From assembly GCA_035541085.1 (NCBI GenBank), contig DATKNX010000191.1:1-51316 (forward strand): DNA of 51,316 nt. Reading direction: 5' to 3'. Shown here one piece after another: positions 20,164-33,705 of this stretch; the stretch's first letter is position 1; every line of letters starts with the position of its first letter. This stretch comes from Gemmatimonadales bacterium. GTDB lineage: Bacteria > Gemmatimonadota > Gemmatimonadetes > Gemmatimonadales > JACORV01. The notes below the pieces were generated by a model. The model saw nothing but the letters and a program-made list of their open reading frames with translations. It did no database searches and was not told where the DNA came from. The translations under genes were made by a program, and so were the position numbers.

Positions 20164-21999
20164 TCAGTCGACGAGGGCGGGGCGGGGCTCCGCACCGAAC
20201 TGCAGCGTGTAGAGGCGGCGGTAGACACCGCCCGAGGCCAGGAGCTCCTCGTGACGGCCGCGCTCGACGATCCGCCCGCGCTCCAGCACGACGATGCACG
20301 TCGCGTGCTGGACCGTGGACAGCCGGTGCGCGATCACGAACACCGTCCGGCCCTCGAGCAGGCGGTCGATCGCGTCCTGCACCAGGTGCTCCGACTCCGA
20401 GTCGAGCGCGCTGGTGGCCTCGTCGAGGATGAGGATCGGCGGATCGCGCAGCAGCGCGCGGGCGATGGCGATGCGCTGTCGCTCGCCGCCGGAGAGCCGC
20501 GTGCCGCGCTCGCCGAGCAGCGTGTCGTAGCCGTCGGGCAGCGCGGCGATGAAGCCGTGCGCGTTCGCCGCGCGCGCGGCGGCCTCGATCGCCGCGGCGT
20601 CGAACCGGTCGAGTGCGCCGTACGCGATGTTCGAGCGCACCGTGTCGTTGAACAGCACGGTCTCCTGGCTGACGATGCCCATCAGGCGGCGCAGCGAGGG
20701 GAGCGTGATCTCCCGCAGGTCGCGCCCGTCGAGCGTGATCGCGCCGCTCGTGGGCTCGAAGAAGCGCGGCAGCAGGTCCACCAGCGTGCTCTTGCCCGCT
20801 CCACTCGCCCCCACGATCGCGATCACCTCGCCCTTGCGCGCCTGCAGCCCCACGTTCTGCAGCACCATCGCCTGCCCGTCGTAGCTGAACGACACGTCGC
20901 GGAACGCGATGGCGTCGGCGAACCCGGTGACCTCCACACGGCCGATCGCCAGGGCCTCCGTCGGCGGCTCGTCGAGCACCTGCAGCACGCGGTCGCCCGA
21001 GGCGAGCGCGTTCTGGTACTGCGCCGGCCAGTTCGACAGGAACTTGAGCGGCACCAGGAGGCGGAGGGCGACGAACAGGAACATGATGAAGCTCTCGGGC
21101 GCGATGGAGGCGGCCGGCCCCGTGGCCATGCTCGCGCCCACCCACAGGAGCGCCACCGTGACGAGCGCCCCGAAGCTCTCGCTGATGGGCCCGGAGAGCG
21201 TCGCCAGGCGCTGCATCTTGATCACGCCGCGCGCGTACCGGTCCGCCGCCGCGAAAAAGCGCTTCCGCTCGAACGGCTCGGCGGCGTACGCCTTCACGAG
21301 CCGCACGCCGGCCACCGTCTCCTGCATCAGGGCGGTGAGGTCGCCGCGGTCGTCCAGCGTGCGCAGGAAGCCGCGGTGCAGCCGCCGCACCAGCGGGCGC
21401 AGGCCGAGGATCAGCACGGGCGCGAGGACCAGCGACAGGATCGTGAGCCGCCACGACAGCGCGATCAGCATCGCCAGGTACACGGCCACCGTCGCGCACG
21501 ACTGCACGAAGTTCAGGGCGTCGTTGCCGACGATCGGCTTCACGGCCTCCGCGTCGGCCAGCATCCGGCTGAGGAGCTGCCCGCCCTTGGTCTGCTGGTA
21601 GTAGCCGAGCCCCATGCCCTGGAGGTGCTCGTACAGCCGCATCCGCAGGTCGCGCACGACCTTCTCCTGCACCACCGCGACGCTGACGCGCGAGTAGTAG
21701 ACGAGCAGGTTCTTCGCCACCATCGCGACCAGGATGACGATGATGACGTTGCGCAGGGCCGCCTGGGTGTCGTGCTCGGGCAGCAGCGGGCCCACCACCC
21801 GGTTGAGCAGCTGGTCCACCAGGTTCGCGCCCGCGGGCGGCAGCAGCGACGACGCGTGGAACACGACGCGCAGGAAGGGGATGACCAGGGCGAAGGTGAA
21901 CCCGTCGAACACCGTCCCGACGACGGTCGCCGCCAGTGCGCCGGCCACCAGCGGGAGGTACGGCCGCACGAACCGGAACAGCCGGCCGTAGCGTCCCAC
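20164..21999 (-). CDS. msbA: Lipid A export ABC transporter (permease/ATPase fusion)
   Basis: Six-TM N-terminal half. Walker [10 protein letters not shown], signature [14 protein letters not shown], Walker [10 protein letters not shown]. Lies beside lipid A acyltransferase and glycosyltransferase genes. Confidence 0.88.
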   Translation of the reverse strand: MGRYGRLFRFVRPYLPLVAGALAATVVGTVFDGFTFALVIPFLRVVFHASSLLPPAGANLVDQLLNRVVGPLLPEHDTQAALRNVIIVILVAMVAKNLLVYYSRVSVAVVQEKVVRDLRMRLYEHLQGMGLGYYQQTKGGQLLSRMLADAEAVKPIVGNDALNFVQSCATVAVYLAMLIALSWRLTILSLVLAPVLILGLRPLVRRLHRGFLRTLDDRGDLTALMQETVAGVRLVKAYAAEPFERKRFFAAADRYARGVIKMQRLATLSGPISESFGALVTVALLWVGASMATGPAASIAPESFIMFLFVALRLLVPLKFLSNWPAQYQNALASGDRVLQVLDEPPTEALAIGRVEVTGFADAIAFRDVSFSYDGQAMVLQNVGLQARKGEVIAIVGASGAGKSTLVDLLPRFFEPTSGAITLDGRDLREITLPSLRRLMGIVSQETVLFNDTVRSNIAYGALDRFDAAAIEAAARAANAHGFIAALPDGYDTLLGERGTRLSGGERQRIAIARALLRDPPILILDEATSALDSESEHLVQDAIDRLLEGRTVFVIAHRLSTVQHATCIVVLERGRIVERGRHEELLASGGVYRRLYTLQFGAEPRPALVD

Positions 22000-22000
22000 G

Positions 22001-23572
22001 CTAGCGGCTCGCCCGCGGCGCCAGGAGCGCCACCGGGAGGATCATCTCGTCGGGCGACGCGCCGCCGTGCAGGAACGCGCCGCGGTAGCGCGCCTGGTAC
22101 TCGCGCAGCTTGGTCGGGTAGACGAAGAAGTGGTCCTCGCGCGCGATCACGCAGCGCACGCCAAGCCCGCGCGCCGGCAGCCCGTAGCGGACCGGGTCCT
22201 CGACGGTGATCGCGGCGTCCGCCTGCTCCGCCCGCAGGTCCTCGCCGAACTTGAAGCGCAGGTTGTTCGTCGCGTCCCGCTTCGCGAACACCGTCGCCGG
22301 GCTGTGGCAGTGGATCGAGCCGTGGTCGGTCGTGAGCACCACCGGCACGCGCCGCCGCTCGGCCTCGACCAGCGCCGCCTTCAGGTTCGAGCGCTCGAAC
22401 CACGCGCAGGTCAGCGCGCGCAGGGCGGCCGCGTCGCGCGCCACCTCGTACAGGATGGCGTTCTCGGACCGGCCGTGCGTCAGCTGGTCCACGAAGTTGA
22501 ACACCATGGCGGTCACGCCGTCCTGCGCCAGCATCGCCGGGAGGCGGCGCTGCACGTCGTCGCTCTCCGCGGCGCCGAACAGCTTCTCGTACCGGCAGGG
22601 GACGGGCCGGCCGGTGATGCGCTCCAGCTGCCGCGCCAGCAGGTCGTGCTCGTGGGCGTTGAGGCTCTCGGCCTCCTCCTCCGTCCACCACTGGGGGTAC
22701 TGCGTGGCGATGTCGCGGGGCAGCAGCCCGGCGAAGATGGCGTTGCGGCTGTAGGGCGTCGCGCTCGGCAGGATGCTGAAGTAGTGGCTCGTCTCGACGT
22801 CGAACAGCGGCGTGACGGACGGCAGCAGCGCCTCCCACTGGTCGAGGCGCAGGCAGTCCACGACCACGAACAGCACGCGGCCGTGCTCGCGGAGCACCGG
22901 CAGCACCATCTCCTCCACCACGTCGGGCGAGAGCGCCGGCCGGTCGCGCTCGGGGTGCGCGATCCACTCCGGGTAGTGCTGCGCGATGAACGTCCCGAAA
23001 TCGCGCCGCAGGCCCTCGAGCAGGGCCTGCAGCGCCTGCGCGAGCCCGGGCTCCGCCGCCTCGGCCAGCTTGAGGTCCCAGCTCATCAGCTCCGCCCACA
23101 GCTCGATCCAGTCGCGCCAGCCGAGCGCCGTGCCGCGGCGCGCCTCCAGCTCGCGGAAGCGCGTCACGAATTCGCGCGACAGGTGCTGCTGGCGGATCCG
23201 GTCCCCTTCGAGGAGCCGCGTGACGACCGACAGGATCTGGCGCGGGTGCAGCGGCTTGATCAGGTAGTCGTCCACTGCCATCCCGATGGCTTCGCGCAGC
23301 ACCGCCGGGTCCTCCGACTTTGTCACCATCACCACCGGCACCGCGGGATCCAGCTCGCGGATCGCGTCGAACAGCTCGAGGCCGCGCCGTCCCGGCATCT
23401 GCTCGTCCACGAGCACCACGCCGTACGGCTGGCGGCGCAGCAGCTCGAGCGCGTCGTCGCCGTGGGCGGCGGCCGCGACCTGGTAGCCCTGGTCGGCGAG
23501 GAAGCGGCGGTGGGACTCGAGGCTCTCGATCTCGTCGTCCACCCAGAGAATGCTCTTCGGGCGCGAGGCCAT
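22001..23572 (-). CDS. PorX-like response regulator: REC domain fused to a PglZ (alkaline-phosphatase-superfamily) domain
   Basis: ILWVDDEIESLESHRRFLADQGY...VLVDEQMPG...VVMVTKSEDP...DDYLIKP receiver domain, followed by about 380 aa with PglZ-type motifs (FVVVDCLRLDQW, SILPSATPYSRNAIFAG, VLTTDHGS). Length (523 aa) and layout match PorX-type proteins. Confidence 0.85.
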   Translation of the reverse strand: MASRPKSILWVDDEIESLESHRRFLADQGYQVAAAAHGDDALELLRRQPYGVVLVDEQMPGRRGLELFDAIRELDPAVPVVMVTKSEDPAVLREAIGMAVDDYLIKPLHPRQILSVVTRLLEGDRIRQQHLSREFVTRFRELEARRGTALGWRDWIELWAELMSWDLKLAEAAEPGLAQALQALLEGLRRDFGTFIAQHYPEWIAHPERDRPALSPDVVEEMVLPVLREHGRVLFVVVDCLRLDQWEALLPSVTPLFDVETSHYFSILPSATPYSRNAIFAGLLPRDIATQYPQWWTEEEAESLNAHEHDLLARQLERITGRPVPCRYEKLFGAAESDDVQRRLPAMLAQDGVTAMVFNFVDQLTHGRSENAILYEVARDAAALRALTCAWFERSNLKAALVEAERRRVPVVLTTDHGSIHCHSPATVFAKRDATNNLRFKFGEDLRAEQADAAITVEDPVRYGLPARGLGVRCVIAREDHFFVYPTKLREYQARYRGAFLHGGASPDEMILPVALLAPRASR

Positions 23573-23638
23573 CGGGGCAACCTAGCCGCTCGCCTGGCCG
23601 AACGCTACATTCCGCGCGTCCGTCCTCGCCGCCGCGCC

Positions 23639-24025
23639 ATGAGCCATCCAGCCCTCGGCTTCGCCGATGAATCGTTCGCCAAGACCCTGGCCGACAGCGC
23701 CCGGGGGCCGCAGCGTGACGGGGTGTTCGCGCTGTGGCTGGTGGTGCGCGCCGCGCTCGCGGCCGCGACGCCGGCCGGGCCGCCGGCCCGCCAGCCGGAC
23801 CGCCTGCGCGCGCTGGCCGCGCGCATCCGCAGCCTCAACGCGCCGGCTCCGCTGCGCCGCTCGCTCGCCGCCGCCATCACGGACCTCGGCGCCCCGCGGG
23901 CCGTGGCGCCGGCCGTCGTCCTGGCCCAGCTCGCCGCGCCCGCCGGCGACTGCCTCGGCCGCCCGGCGGCGGACGCCGTGCAGGCGGCCGCGCGGGCCGC
24001 GCGCCCCGGCGCCCGCTCCGGATAG
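23639..24025 (+). CDS. Hypothetical Ala/Pro-rich small protein (128 aa)
   Basis: ATG 23639 with strongly G/C-biased third positions in this frame. The stop lies 4 nt before the next gene's GTG. No recognisable domain. Confidence 0.5.
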   Translation: MSHPALGFADESFAKTLADSARGPQRDGVFALWLVVRAALAAATPAGPPARQPDRLRALAARIRSLNAPAPLRRSLAAAITDLGAPRAVAPAVVLAQLAAPAGDCLGRPAADAVQAAARAARPGARSG

Positions 24026-24029
24026 TCCC

Positions 24030-24899
24030 GTGCCGACGCCCCCCGACATTCCGCGCCGCACCAACCCCGCCACCGACGTCGTGGGCCGGGTGGACGCGCG
24101 CCTCGGCGGTGCGCCGAGCGCCGACACCGTGGCCACCGGCTTCCCGAGCGTGGACCGGATCCTCGGCGGCGGCCTGCGGCAGGGCGACCTCGTGGCCCTC
24201 GGCGGCGACGTCGGCGTCGGCAAGTCGTCGTTCGCGCTCGCCGTGGCGTTGCGGGTCACCGAGCGCGGCGAGCCGGCGGCCGTGCTCTCGGGCGAGATGG
24301 ACGAGGAGCGGCTGTGGGAGCGCGCCCTCGCGATCGAGTCCCGCACGCGGCTCGACGACATCCGCCGCGCCACCGTGTCGGACGAGGCCCGCGCCGCGCT
24401 CGGCGCGGCCGCCGTGCGGCTGCGCAGCCGCCCGCTCGTCTACCGCCCGATGGCGGCCCCGTCCTTCGAGGACGTGGCCGAGCGGATCCGCGCGCTGCAC
24501 GCGCCCCTGACGGTGGTGGACTACCTGCAGCTCCTGCCGCCCGTGCGCGCCGAAGGCGGGCGCGAGGAGCAGGACGCCGCCGCCGTGCGCCTCCTCAAGG
24601 AGGTCGCGCTCGACGCGCACACCGCCCTGCTGCTGATCGCGCAGCTCCCGCACCACAACGCCAAGCGGCGCGACCCGCGGCCCGCGCTCGACGACTTCGG
24701 CGCGCTCGGCGCGGTGAAGTACCACGGCGACGTCGTGCTCGGGCTCTACCGCGAGGAGATGTACCAGGTGACGCGGGGCGTGGAGGGCGCGACGGAGCTG
24801 ATCGTCGCCAAGAACCGTCACGGCCAGACCGGCTTCGTGGACCTCTACTTCTACCGGGACTGGATGCGCTTCGAGGACATGCTCGAGCCCGACCGCTAG
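24030..24899 (+). CDS. DnaB C-terminal-domain-like (RecA-fold) protein lacking the DnaB N-terminal domain
   Basis: TGFPSVDRILGGGLRQGDLVALGGDVGVGKSS (Walker A), VVDYLQLL (Walker B) and ELIVAKNRHGQTGFVDLYF all parallel DnaB. GTG 24030 is in frame. Only 289 aa. Confidence 0.75.
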   Translation: MPTPPDIPRRTNPATDVVGRVDARLGGAPSADTVATGFPSVDRILGGGLRQGDLVALGGDVGVGKSSFALAVALRVTERGEPAAVLSGEMDEERLWERALAIESRTRLDDIRRATVSDEARAALGAAAVRLRSRPLVYRPMAAPSFEDVAERIRALHAPLTVVDYLQLLPPVRAEGGREEQDAAAVRLLKEVALDAHTALLLIAQLPHHNAKRRDPRPALDDFGALGAVKYHGDVVLGLYREEMYQVTRGVEGATELIVAKNRHGQTGFVDLYFYRDWMRFEDMLEPDR

Positions 24900-25297
24900 G
24901 GCTGCGGCGCCGCCTGCGGCTGGCCCGCCCCCGCGGCGGTGAGCGAGACCCGGGTCTCGCGGCCGTGGGTATCGATCTGGACCCACAACGGCAGGCCCTT
25001 CCGCTGCAGGTACAGGCTCACGCGCACCGAGTCGCTCATGTCGCTCACGACCCGCCACCCGTCCGGCGGCAGGCGCGTCCGGTAGAACGCCGCGACGGAG
25101 TCCAGCGGCTTGGCCGAGAGGAGCACGACGTGCTGCACGTCCGGCGTGCCCGCCGTGTCCACGACGACGGATTGGCCGACGTTCGGGACGCCCGCCAGCC
25201 AGTTGGGCCGGGCGGCTTGCGCCGCCTTCTTCTCCGGCCGGGTGCAGGCCGCCGACCACGTCGCGAGGAGCGCCAGCAGCATCGCGCGGGTACGCAT
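24896..25297 (-). CDS. Hypothetical lipoprotein
   Basis: Signal peptide MRTRAMLLALLATWSAAC with a lipobox-like SAAC. No recognisable domain. A 4-nt convergent overlap with the previous gene. Confidence 0.6.
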   Translation of the reverse strand: MRTRAMLLALLATWSAACTRPEKKAAQAARPNWLAGVPNVGQSVVVDTAGTPDVQHVVLLSAKPLDSVAAFYRTRLPPDGWRVVSDMSDSVRVSLYLQRKGLPLWVQIDTHGRETRVSLTAAGAGQPQAAPQP

Positions 25298-25392
25298 GGC
25301 GGCGTAGTATCGGAGCGGTGCGCGGCGCGGTCAAGGCGTCGTTGCTGCCCCCCTGCGCGCGGACTACATTTGCCGTATCCGCGGAGGGTCCC

Positions 25393-26136
25393 GTGGCCGG
25401 CCACAATGTATGGAAGAAGATCAAGCGCAAGAAGGCCGTAACCGACGCCCGGCGCGGCGCCCAATTCACCAAGATCATCAAGGAGATCACCGTCGCCGCG
25501 CGGCAGGGCGGCGGCGATCCCGCGGGCAACGCGCGGCTCCGGGTCGCGATCGAAGCGGCCCGCGCGGCCAACATGCCGACCGACAACATCGACCGCGCGG
25601 TCAAGAAGGGCACGGGCCAGCTCGACGGCGTGCAGTACGAGGAAGTCACGTACGAGGGCTACGGCCCGGGCGGCGCGGCGATCTTCATCGAGGTGACCAC
25701 CGACAACGCGAAGCGCACGGTGGCCGACATCCGCCACCTCTTCACCCGTTTCGACGGCAAGCTCGGCACCACCGGCAGCGTCGCGCACCTCTTCGAGAAG
25801 CGCGGCCAGATCCTCGTGCCGGCGGCGAAGCACGACGAGGACGCGACCATCGAGGCCGCGCTGGACGCCGGCGCGCTCGATGTCGTGAAGGAGGGCGAGC
25901 ACTTCGTCGTCACCACCGAGCCGCACGACTTCCACGCCGTCCAGGAGGGGCTGAAGAAGCACGGCATCGCGTGGGAGTCGGCCGAGATCGCGATGATCCC
26001 GCGGTCCACGGTGCGCGTCGAGGGCCGCGATGCCGAGAAGCTGGTCAAGCTGATGGGCGAGCTGGAGGAGCACGACGACGTGGCCCGGGTCTCCTCCAAC
26101 TTCGACGTCGACCTCGAGGCGCTGGCCGAGGTGTGA
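25393..26136 (+). CDS. YebC/PmpR-family DNA-binding regulator
   Basis: GTG 25393 gives VAGHNVWKKIKRKKA, the family's canonical N-terminus (MAGHSKW...). Conserved throughout. Confidence 0.93.
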   Translation: MAGHNVWKKIKRKKAVTDARRGAQFTKIIKEITVAARQGGGDPAGNARLRVAIEAARAANMPTDNIDRAVKKGTGQLDGVQYEEVTYEGYGPGGAAIFIEVTTDNAKRTVADIRHLFTRFDGKLGTTGSVAHLFEKRGQILVPAAKHDEDATIEAALDAGALDVVKEGEHFVVTTEPHDFHAVQEGLKKHGIAWESAEIAMIPRSTVRVEGRDAEKLVKLMGELEEHDDVARVSSNFDVDLEALAEV

Positions 26137-26633
26137 TCGTGCTCGGGCTGGACCCGGGCACCGCCGCCACGGGCTACGGCGTGGTCGAGACGGGCGTGCC
26201 GGGCGCGACGCGCCTGGTGGAGTGCGGGGTCGTCCGCACCGCCGCGTCCTCCCCCCTCGAGCAGCGCCTCTCGCAGATTTTCGATGCCGTCACCGACCTC
26301 ATCGCCGCGCACCGGCCCGACGCCGTCGCGGTCGAGAGCGTGTTCGTCGCCAAGAACGCGCGCAGCGCCCTCGTGCTCGGGCACGCCCGCGGCGCGGCGC
26401 TCCTGGCCGCGGCGAAGGCCGGCGTGCCGGTGACGGCGTACGCTCCCGCGCTGGTGAAGAAGACGGTGGTCGGCGTGGGCGCGGCGACGAAGGTCCAGGT
26501 GCAGCAGATGACGGCGCGCCTGCTGCGTCTGAAGACCCCGCCGACCCCGGACGACGCGGCCGACGGGGTCGCCATCGCCCTCACGCACTGCATGCGCGGA
26601 GCGCGGCGGTTCCGCCGCGCCGCGGTCGGATGA
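26133..26633 (+). CDS. ruvC: Holliday junction resolvase
   Basis: [19 protein letters not shown]-terminus. GTG 26133 overlaps the yebC-like stop (GTGTGA). Confidence 0.93.
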   Translation: MIVLGLDPGTAATGYGVVETGVPGATRLVECGVVRTAASSPLEQRLSQIFDAVTDLIAAHRPDAVAVESVFVAKNARSALVLGHARGAALLAAAKAGVPVTAYAPALVKKTVVGVGAATKVQVQQMTARLLRLKTPPTPDDAADGVAIALTHCMRGARRFRRAAVG

Positions 26634-27223
26634 TCGCCCTCCTCGCCGGCACGCTGGCGGTCAAGGAGGCCGACCGCGTCGTGGTCCGCACGCCGGGCGG
26701 CGTCGGGTACGAGTGCTTCGTGCCCACGCGCACGCTCGCGGACCTCCCGAACCCCGGCCAGCCGGTCGAGCTCCACACCTCGCTCGTCGTGCGCGAGGAC
26801 GGCCAGACGCTGTACGGCTTCACCAGCGCGGAGGAGCGGCGCGTCTTCCAGCGCCTGCTCTCGGCGAGCGGCATCGGGCCCCGCCTCGCGCTCGCCATGC
26901 TCTCGCTCTACCCGAGCGAGCGGCTGGTGCGCGGCATCCGCGACCGCGACATCGCCGCCCTCGTCGCGGTGCCCGGCGTCGGCAAGAAGACGGCCGAGCG
27001 GCTGGTGCTCGAGCTGGCGGACAAGACCGAGGACCTGGTGGCGGCGCACGCCGAGCCCGTCAGCTCGGCGAGCGACGCGGCCACCCAGGCGCTGGTGCGG
27101 CTGGGCTACAGCGCCCCCGAGGCGGACGACGCGGTGCGCCGGGCGCTCGCGCAGGACGGGCGGCGCGACACGGCGCAGCTCCTCAAGGCCGCCCTGGCCT
27201 TCCTCGCGGGCGGCCGCCGATGA
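26630..27223 (+). CDS. ruvA: Holliday junction branch migration complex subunit RuvA
   Basis: MIALLAGTL... OB-fold N-terminus and HhH motifs ([27 protein letters not shown]). ATGA overlap with ruvC. Confidence 0.93.
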   Translation: MIALLAGTLAVKEADRVVVRTPGGVGYECFVPTRTLADLPNPGQPVELHTSLVVREDGQTLYGFTSAEERRVFQRLLSASGIGPRLALAMLSLYPSERLVRGIRDRDIAALVAVPGVGKKTAERLVLELADKTEDLVAAHAEPVSSASDAATQALVRLGYSAPEADDAVRRALAQDGRRDTAQLLKAALAFLAGGRR

Positions 27224-28251
27224 GCCGCGCCCGCTCCGAGGTCACCACGCCCGAGGTGCTCGCCGAGGAGCGGAGCGCCGAGGCCTCGCTGCGGCCGTCC
27301 CGGCTCGACGAGTTCGTCGGCCAGGCCAAGGTGAAGGAGAACCTGCAGATCGCCATCGACGCGGCGCGCGGCCGCGGCGAGCCCCTGGACCACGCGCTGT
27401 TCTTCGGCCCGCCGGGCCTCGGGAAGACGACGCTCGCCATCCTGCTCGCCAAGGAGATGGGCGTCAGCATCCGCACCTCGTCCGGCCCGGTGCTCGAGCG
27501 CCCCGGCGACCTGGTGGGCCTCCTGACGGGACTCAAGCGCGGCGACATCCTCTTCATCGACGAGATCCACCGGATGCGCCCGACGCTGGAGGAGTTCCTC
27601 TATCCCGCGATGGAGGACTGGCGCGTGGACGTGCGCGTCAGCGACGGCCCGCACGCCGAGACGATCCCGATGGCGCTCGAGCCTTTCACCCTGATCGGGG
27701 CCACCACGCGCTACGGCCTGCTCACGCCGCCGATGCGCGCCCGCTTCGGCATGGTGGAGCGGCTCAACTTCTACCCGCCCGAGGACCTGGCCCAGATCGT
27801 GAAGCGGTCCGCCGGCATCCTCGAGGTCGCCACCGACGCGGGCGGCGCCGACGAGATCGCCAAGCGGAGCCGCGGCACGCCGCGCGTGGCGAACCGCCTG
27901 CTGCGCCGCGTGCGCGACTACGCCGCCGTGCGCGCCGAGGGCCGGGTGGACCGCGAGACGGCGCGCCAGGCGCTCGCGCGCCTCGACGTGGACGAGTTCG
28001 GCCTCGACGACATGGACGCGCGGCTCCTCAAGACCATCATCGAGAAGTTCGACGGCGGCCCCGTCGGCCTCGGCACGCTCGCCGTCGCCGTCGGCGAGGA
28101 CGCCGGCACCCTCGAGGAAGTGTACGAGCCCTACCTGATCCAGCAGGGATTCCTGCAGCGCACGCCCCGCGGCCGAGTCGCGACCGCCACGGCGTACCGC
28201 CACTTCGGCTTCGTGGTCCCGCCCGGCCAGAGCACGCTGTTCGGGCAGTAG
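27220..28251 (+). CDS. ruvB: Holliday junction branch migration DNA helicase RuvB
   Basis: [12 protein letters not shown], Walker [12 protein letters not shown], Walker B LFIDEIHR, and [20 protein letters not shown] overlap with ruvA. Confidence 0.96.
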   Translation: MSRARSEVTTPEVLAEERSAEASLRPSRLDEFVGQAKVKENLQIAIDAARGRGEPLDHALFFGPPGLGKTTLAILLAKEMGVSIRTSSGPVLERPGDLVGLLTGLKRGDILFIDEIHRMRPTLEEFLYPAMEDWRVDVRVSDGPHAETIPMALEPFTLIGATTRYGLLTPPMRARFGMVERLNFYPPEDLAQIVKRSAGILEVATDAGGADEIAKRSRGTPRVANRLLRRVRDYAAVRAEGRVDRETARQALARLDVDEFGLDDMDARLLKTIIEKFDGGPVGLGTLAVAVGEDAGTLEEVYEPYLIQQGFLQRTPRGRVATATAYRHFGFVVPPGQSTLFGQ

Positions 28252-28261
28252 CCTCCGCCGC

Positions 28262-29377
28262 TCAGCCGGCGAGCGCCTTCGTCAGCGCCTCACCCCACGA
28301 CTCGTTGTGGATCACCCGGGCACGGGTCGCCGCGCGCAGCCGCTTCAGCGGCTCGAGGCGGCGCAGCGCGAGGCGACAGGGATTGAGCGGCGTGAGCTGC
28401 GCCTCCTGGTCCGTCAGCGCCAGCGCTGCGCGCCTGAGGTGCAGCGCCTGCAGGTCGGCGCCCACCGCGCCGGCCTCACCCTCGAACACGTAGGTCGCCG
28501 CCGCCGGCCCCGCGAGGATCTCGAAGGCCACCTGCCGCCCGACCGGCACCAGGAGGAACGCCGCCCAGTTCTCCGGCAGCGCCGCCCCGCCCGCCAGTGC
28601 CTCCGACTCCGGATCCAGCAGGCACGCGAAGCCGAGCCGGGCCTCGCCCCCCTGCGCACCGGCCACGAGGCGCCCCGCTCCCTCGGCCCGCTCCGGCGCG
28701 GTGAACCGGCGCACCAGGCCGTCGAAGTCGCGCACGGCCGAGCGCGGCACCGCGAGGCCGTCGGCGAAGCCCGATTGCCCGGTCGTCTCGGCGAGGAGCT
28801 GCGCCTGCGCGTTCCGCCGTCGCTCGACCGCGCGCACGAGCGCGTCGCGCTGTCGTCCGAGCTGGCCGATGGCGGTCACGGCCCTGCCCGACGCCAGGCG
28901 CACGCACGGCGGATCCTCGCCGGCCTCCACGCCCGTCAGCGCGCCGAGCGGCAGCTCGAACGGATCGCCGTCCTCCGGAACGACGGTGACGTGGGTGTCG
29001 AAGACCAGGGCTTCGGCGGGCGCCGGCGCGCCCGCGCCGAGCAGCGCGCCCGCGAAGGACTCCGGCATCGTGATGCCGTGCGCGAGCAGGCCCTGGACGC
29101 GCGCCTGGTTGCGCGCCCGCCGCAGCTCTCGGGTGAAGGTGTCGAAGCGGCGGCCGAGCTGTGTGAGGGCGAGCCGGCCGTCCGGCCAGCAGTCCAGCTC
29201 GATGCGGTAGTCGGCCGCCCGCAGCGCGTCGGCGTCCAGGAACGCGACCGCGACCGGCCCGACGGTCAGCGCGTCGTCGCCGATCACCGCCTCCGCGCTG
29301 CCGGACGGGCCGGCCGTGCCCTGCGCGCCGGTGAAGGCGAACGCCGCCGGCGCGCGCCTGGTGTCTTCGCCCGCCAC
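28262..29377 (-). CDS. Hypothetical protein (371 aa), no recognisable domain
   Basis: Single long ORF with G/C-biased third positions. Its start lies 1 nt after the stop of the upstream zinc-ribbon gene. No TM segment or signal peptide seen. Confidence 0.6.
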   Translation of the reverse strand: MAGEDTRRAPAAFAFTGAQGTAGPSGSAEAVIGDDALTVGPVAVAFLDADALRAADYRIELDCWPDGRLALTQLGRRFDTFTRELRRARNQARVQGLLAHGITMPESFAGALLGAGAPAPAEALVFDTHVTVVPEDGDPFELPLGALTGVEAGEDPPCVRLASGRAVTAIGQLGRQRDALVRAVERRRNAQAQLLAETTGQSGFADGLAVPRSAVRDFDGLVRRFTAPERAEGAGRLVAGAQGGEARLGFACLLDPESEALAGGAALPENWAAFLLVPVGRQVAFEILAGPAAATYVFEGEAGAVGADLQALHLRRAALALTDQEAQLTPLNPCRLALRRLEPLKRLRAATRARVIHNESWGEALTKALAG

Positions 29378-29378
29378 G

Positions 29379-30014
29379 TCAGGCGCCGTACGGCTTGCCG
29401 CACTCCGGGCAGAACTTGGGAGCGCCGTCGGCCTCGGCGCCGCAGTGCGGGCACTTCTTCTTCGCGGCGATCGGCGCGCCGCAGTCCGGGCAGAACTTGC
29501 CGCCCTGCGTCTTCGCGCCGCACTTGGGGCAGACGGCGGCGGCCGGCTGCGCCAGGTCGCGCTGCGCGAGGTAGTCCACCTGCTGCGCCTTCGCGACGGC
29601 CTGCTCCTTCGCCGCCTGCGCCTGCGCCGAAGCGATCTCCTCGTCGAGGTCCGGCGCGCAGTTCTCGCACAGGCCGGCCTTGTGGTTCCAGCACACCGGC
29701 TCGCAGACCCACTGCCCGCAGCGCGTGCACTGCTTGAACTTCGGGCTGATCTCCTTCACGGCGGCGTCGAGGGCGGCGTCGTGCTGGGGCCCGGCCACCA
29801 TCGACTGCAGGGCCTCCGCGCTCGAGGCCGCGCGGCCGAAGATGCCGCCCAGGAGCGAGGCCGCCGCGTTGGCCGCGGCCGCCGCCGAGCCCAGCTTGTT
29901 GGCCTGGAACGACGAGATGTACCCGTTGCCGCACTTCTGGCAGAAGAACTTGAACTGGAAGCCGCGGTTGTTCGACAGGTCCTGGTAGTTGTCGGTGAAC
30001 GGGATGTTGGCCAT
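29379..30014 (-). CDS. Multi-zinc-ribbon protein (211 aa)
   Basis: ATG 30014 (MANIPFTDNYQDL). Five CxxC pairs: CQKC, CTRC, CENC, then a C-terminal double ribbon CPKC..CPDC and CPHC..CPEC. The rest of track ORF 29379..30698 upstream of the Met has implausible composition. Confidence 0.7.
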   Translation of the reverse strand: MANIPFTDNYQDLSNNRGFQFKFFCQKCGNGYISSFQANKLGSAAAAANAAASLLGGIFGRAASSAEALQSMVAGPQHDAALDAAVKEISPKFKQCTRCGQWVCEPVCWNHKAGLCENCAPDLDEEIASAQAQAAKEQAVAKAQQVDYLAQRDLAQPAAAVCPKCGAKTQGGKFCPDCGAPIAAKKKCPHCGAEADGAPKFCPECGKPYGA

Positions 30015-30219
30015 GCGCGCGCTCCTGGTGCACGGAGACGGAGTGGGGAGAGCGGGCGGATCGGGATCCGGGCCGGCCCGCCCACTTTCGCTGCACGTCC
30101 CGCGCCAGCGGCGGCCGCGCCCTGGCCGCCGCGGCCACGCCTGCGCATCATTGCCGGATGCTCGCACGGCTCCGCCGCTCCGCGGCGATCCCCACGGTAT
30201 TCCGGTCAACGAGGTCGCA

Positions 30220-33701
<3,482 letters not shown>

Positions 33702-33705
<4 letters not shown>

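Noticed and set aside
22001-23572. The PglZ domain as a sign of a BREX-type phage-defence locus.
   Set aside because: - The PglZ domain is fused to a receiver domain in the PorX arrangement.
- No BREX partners (methyltransferase, BrxC-type ATPase, Lon-like BrxL) are nearby.
- The neighbours are lipid A and LPS genes.
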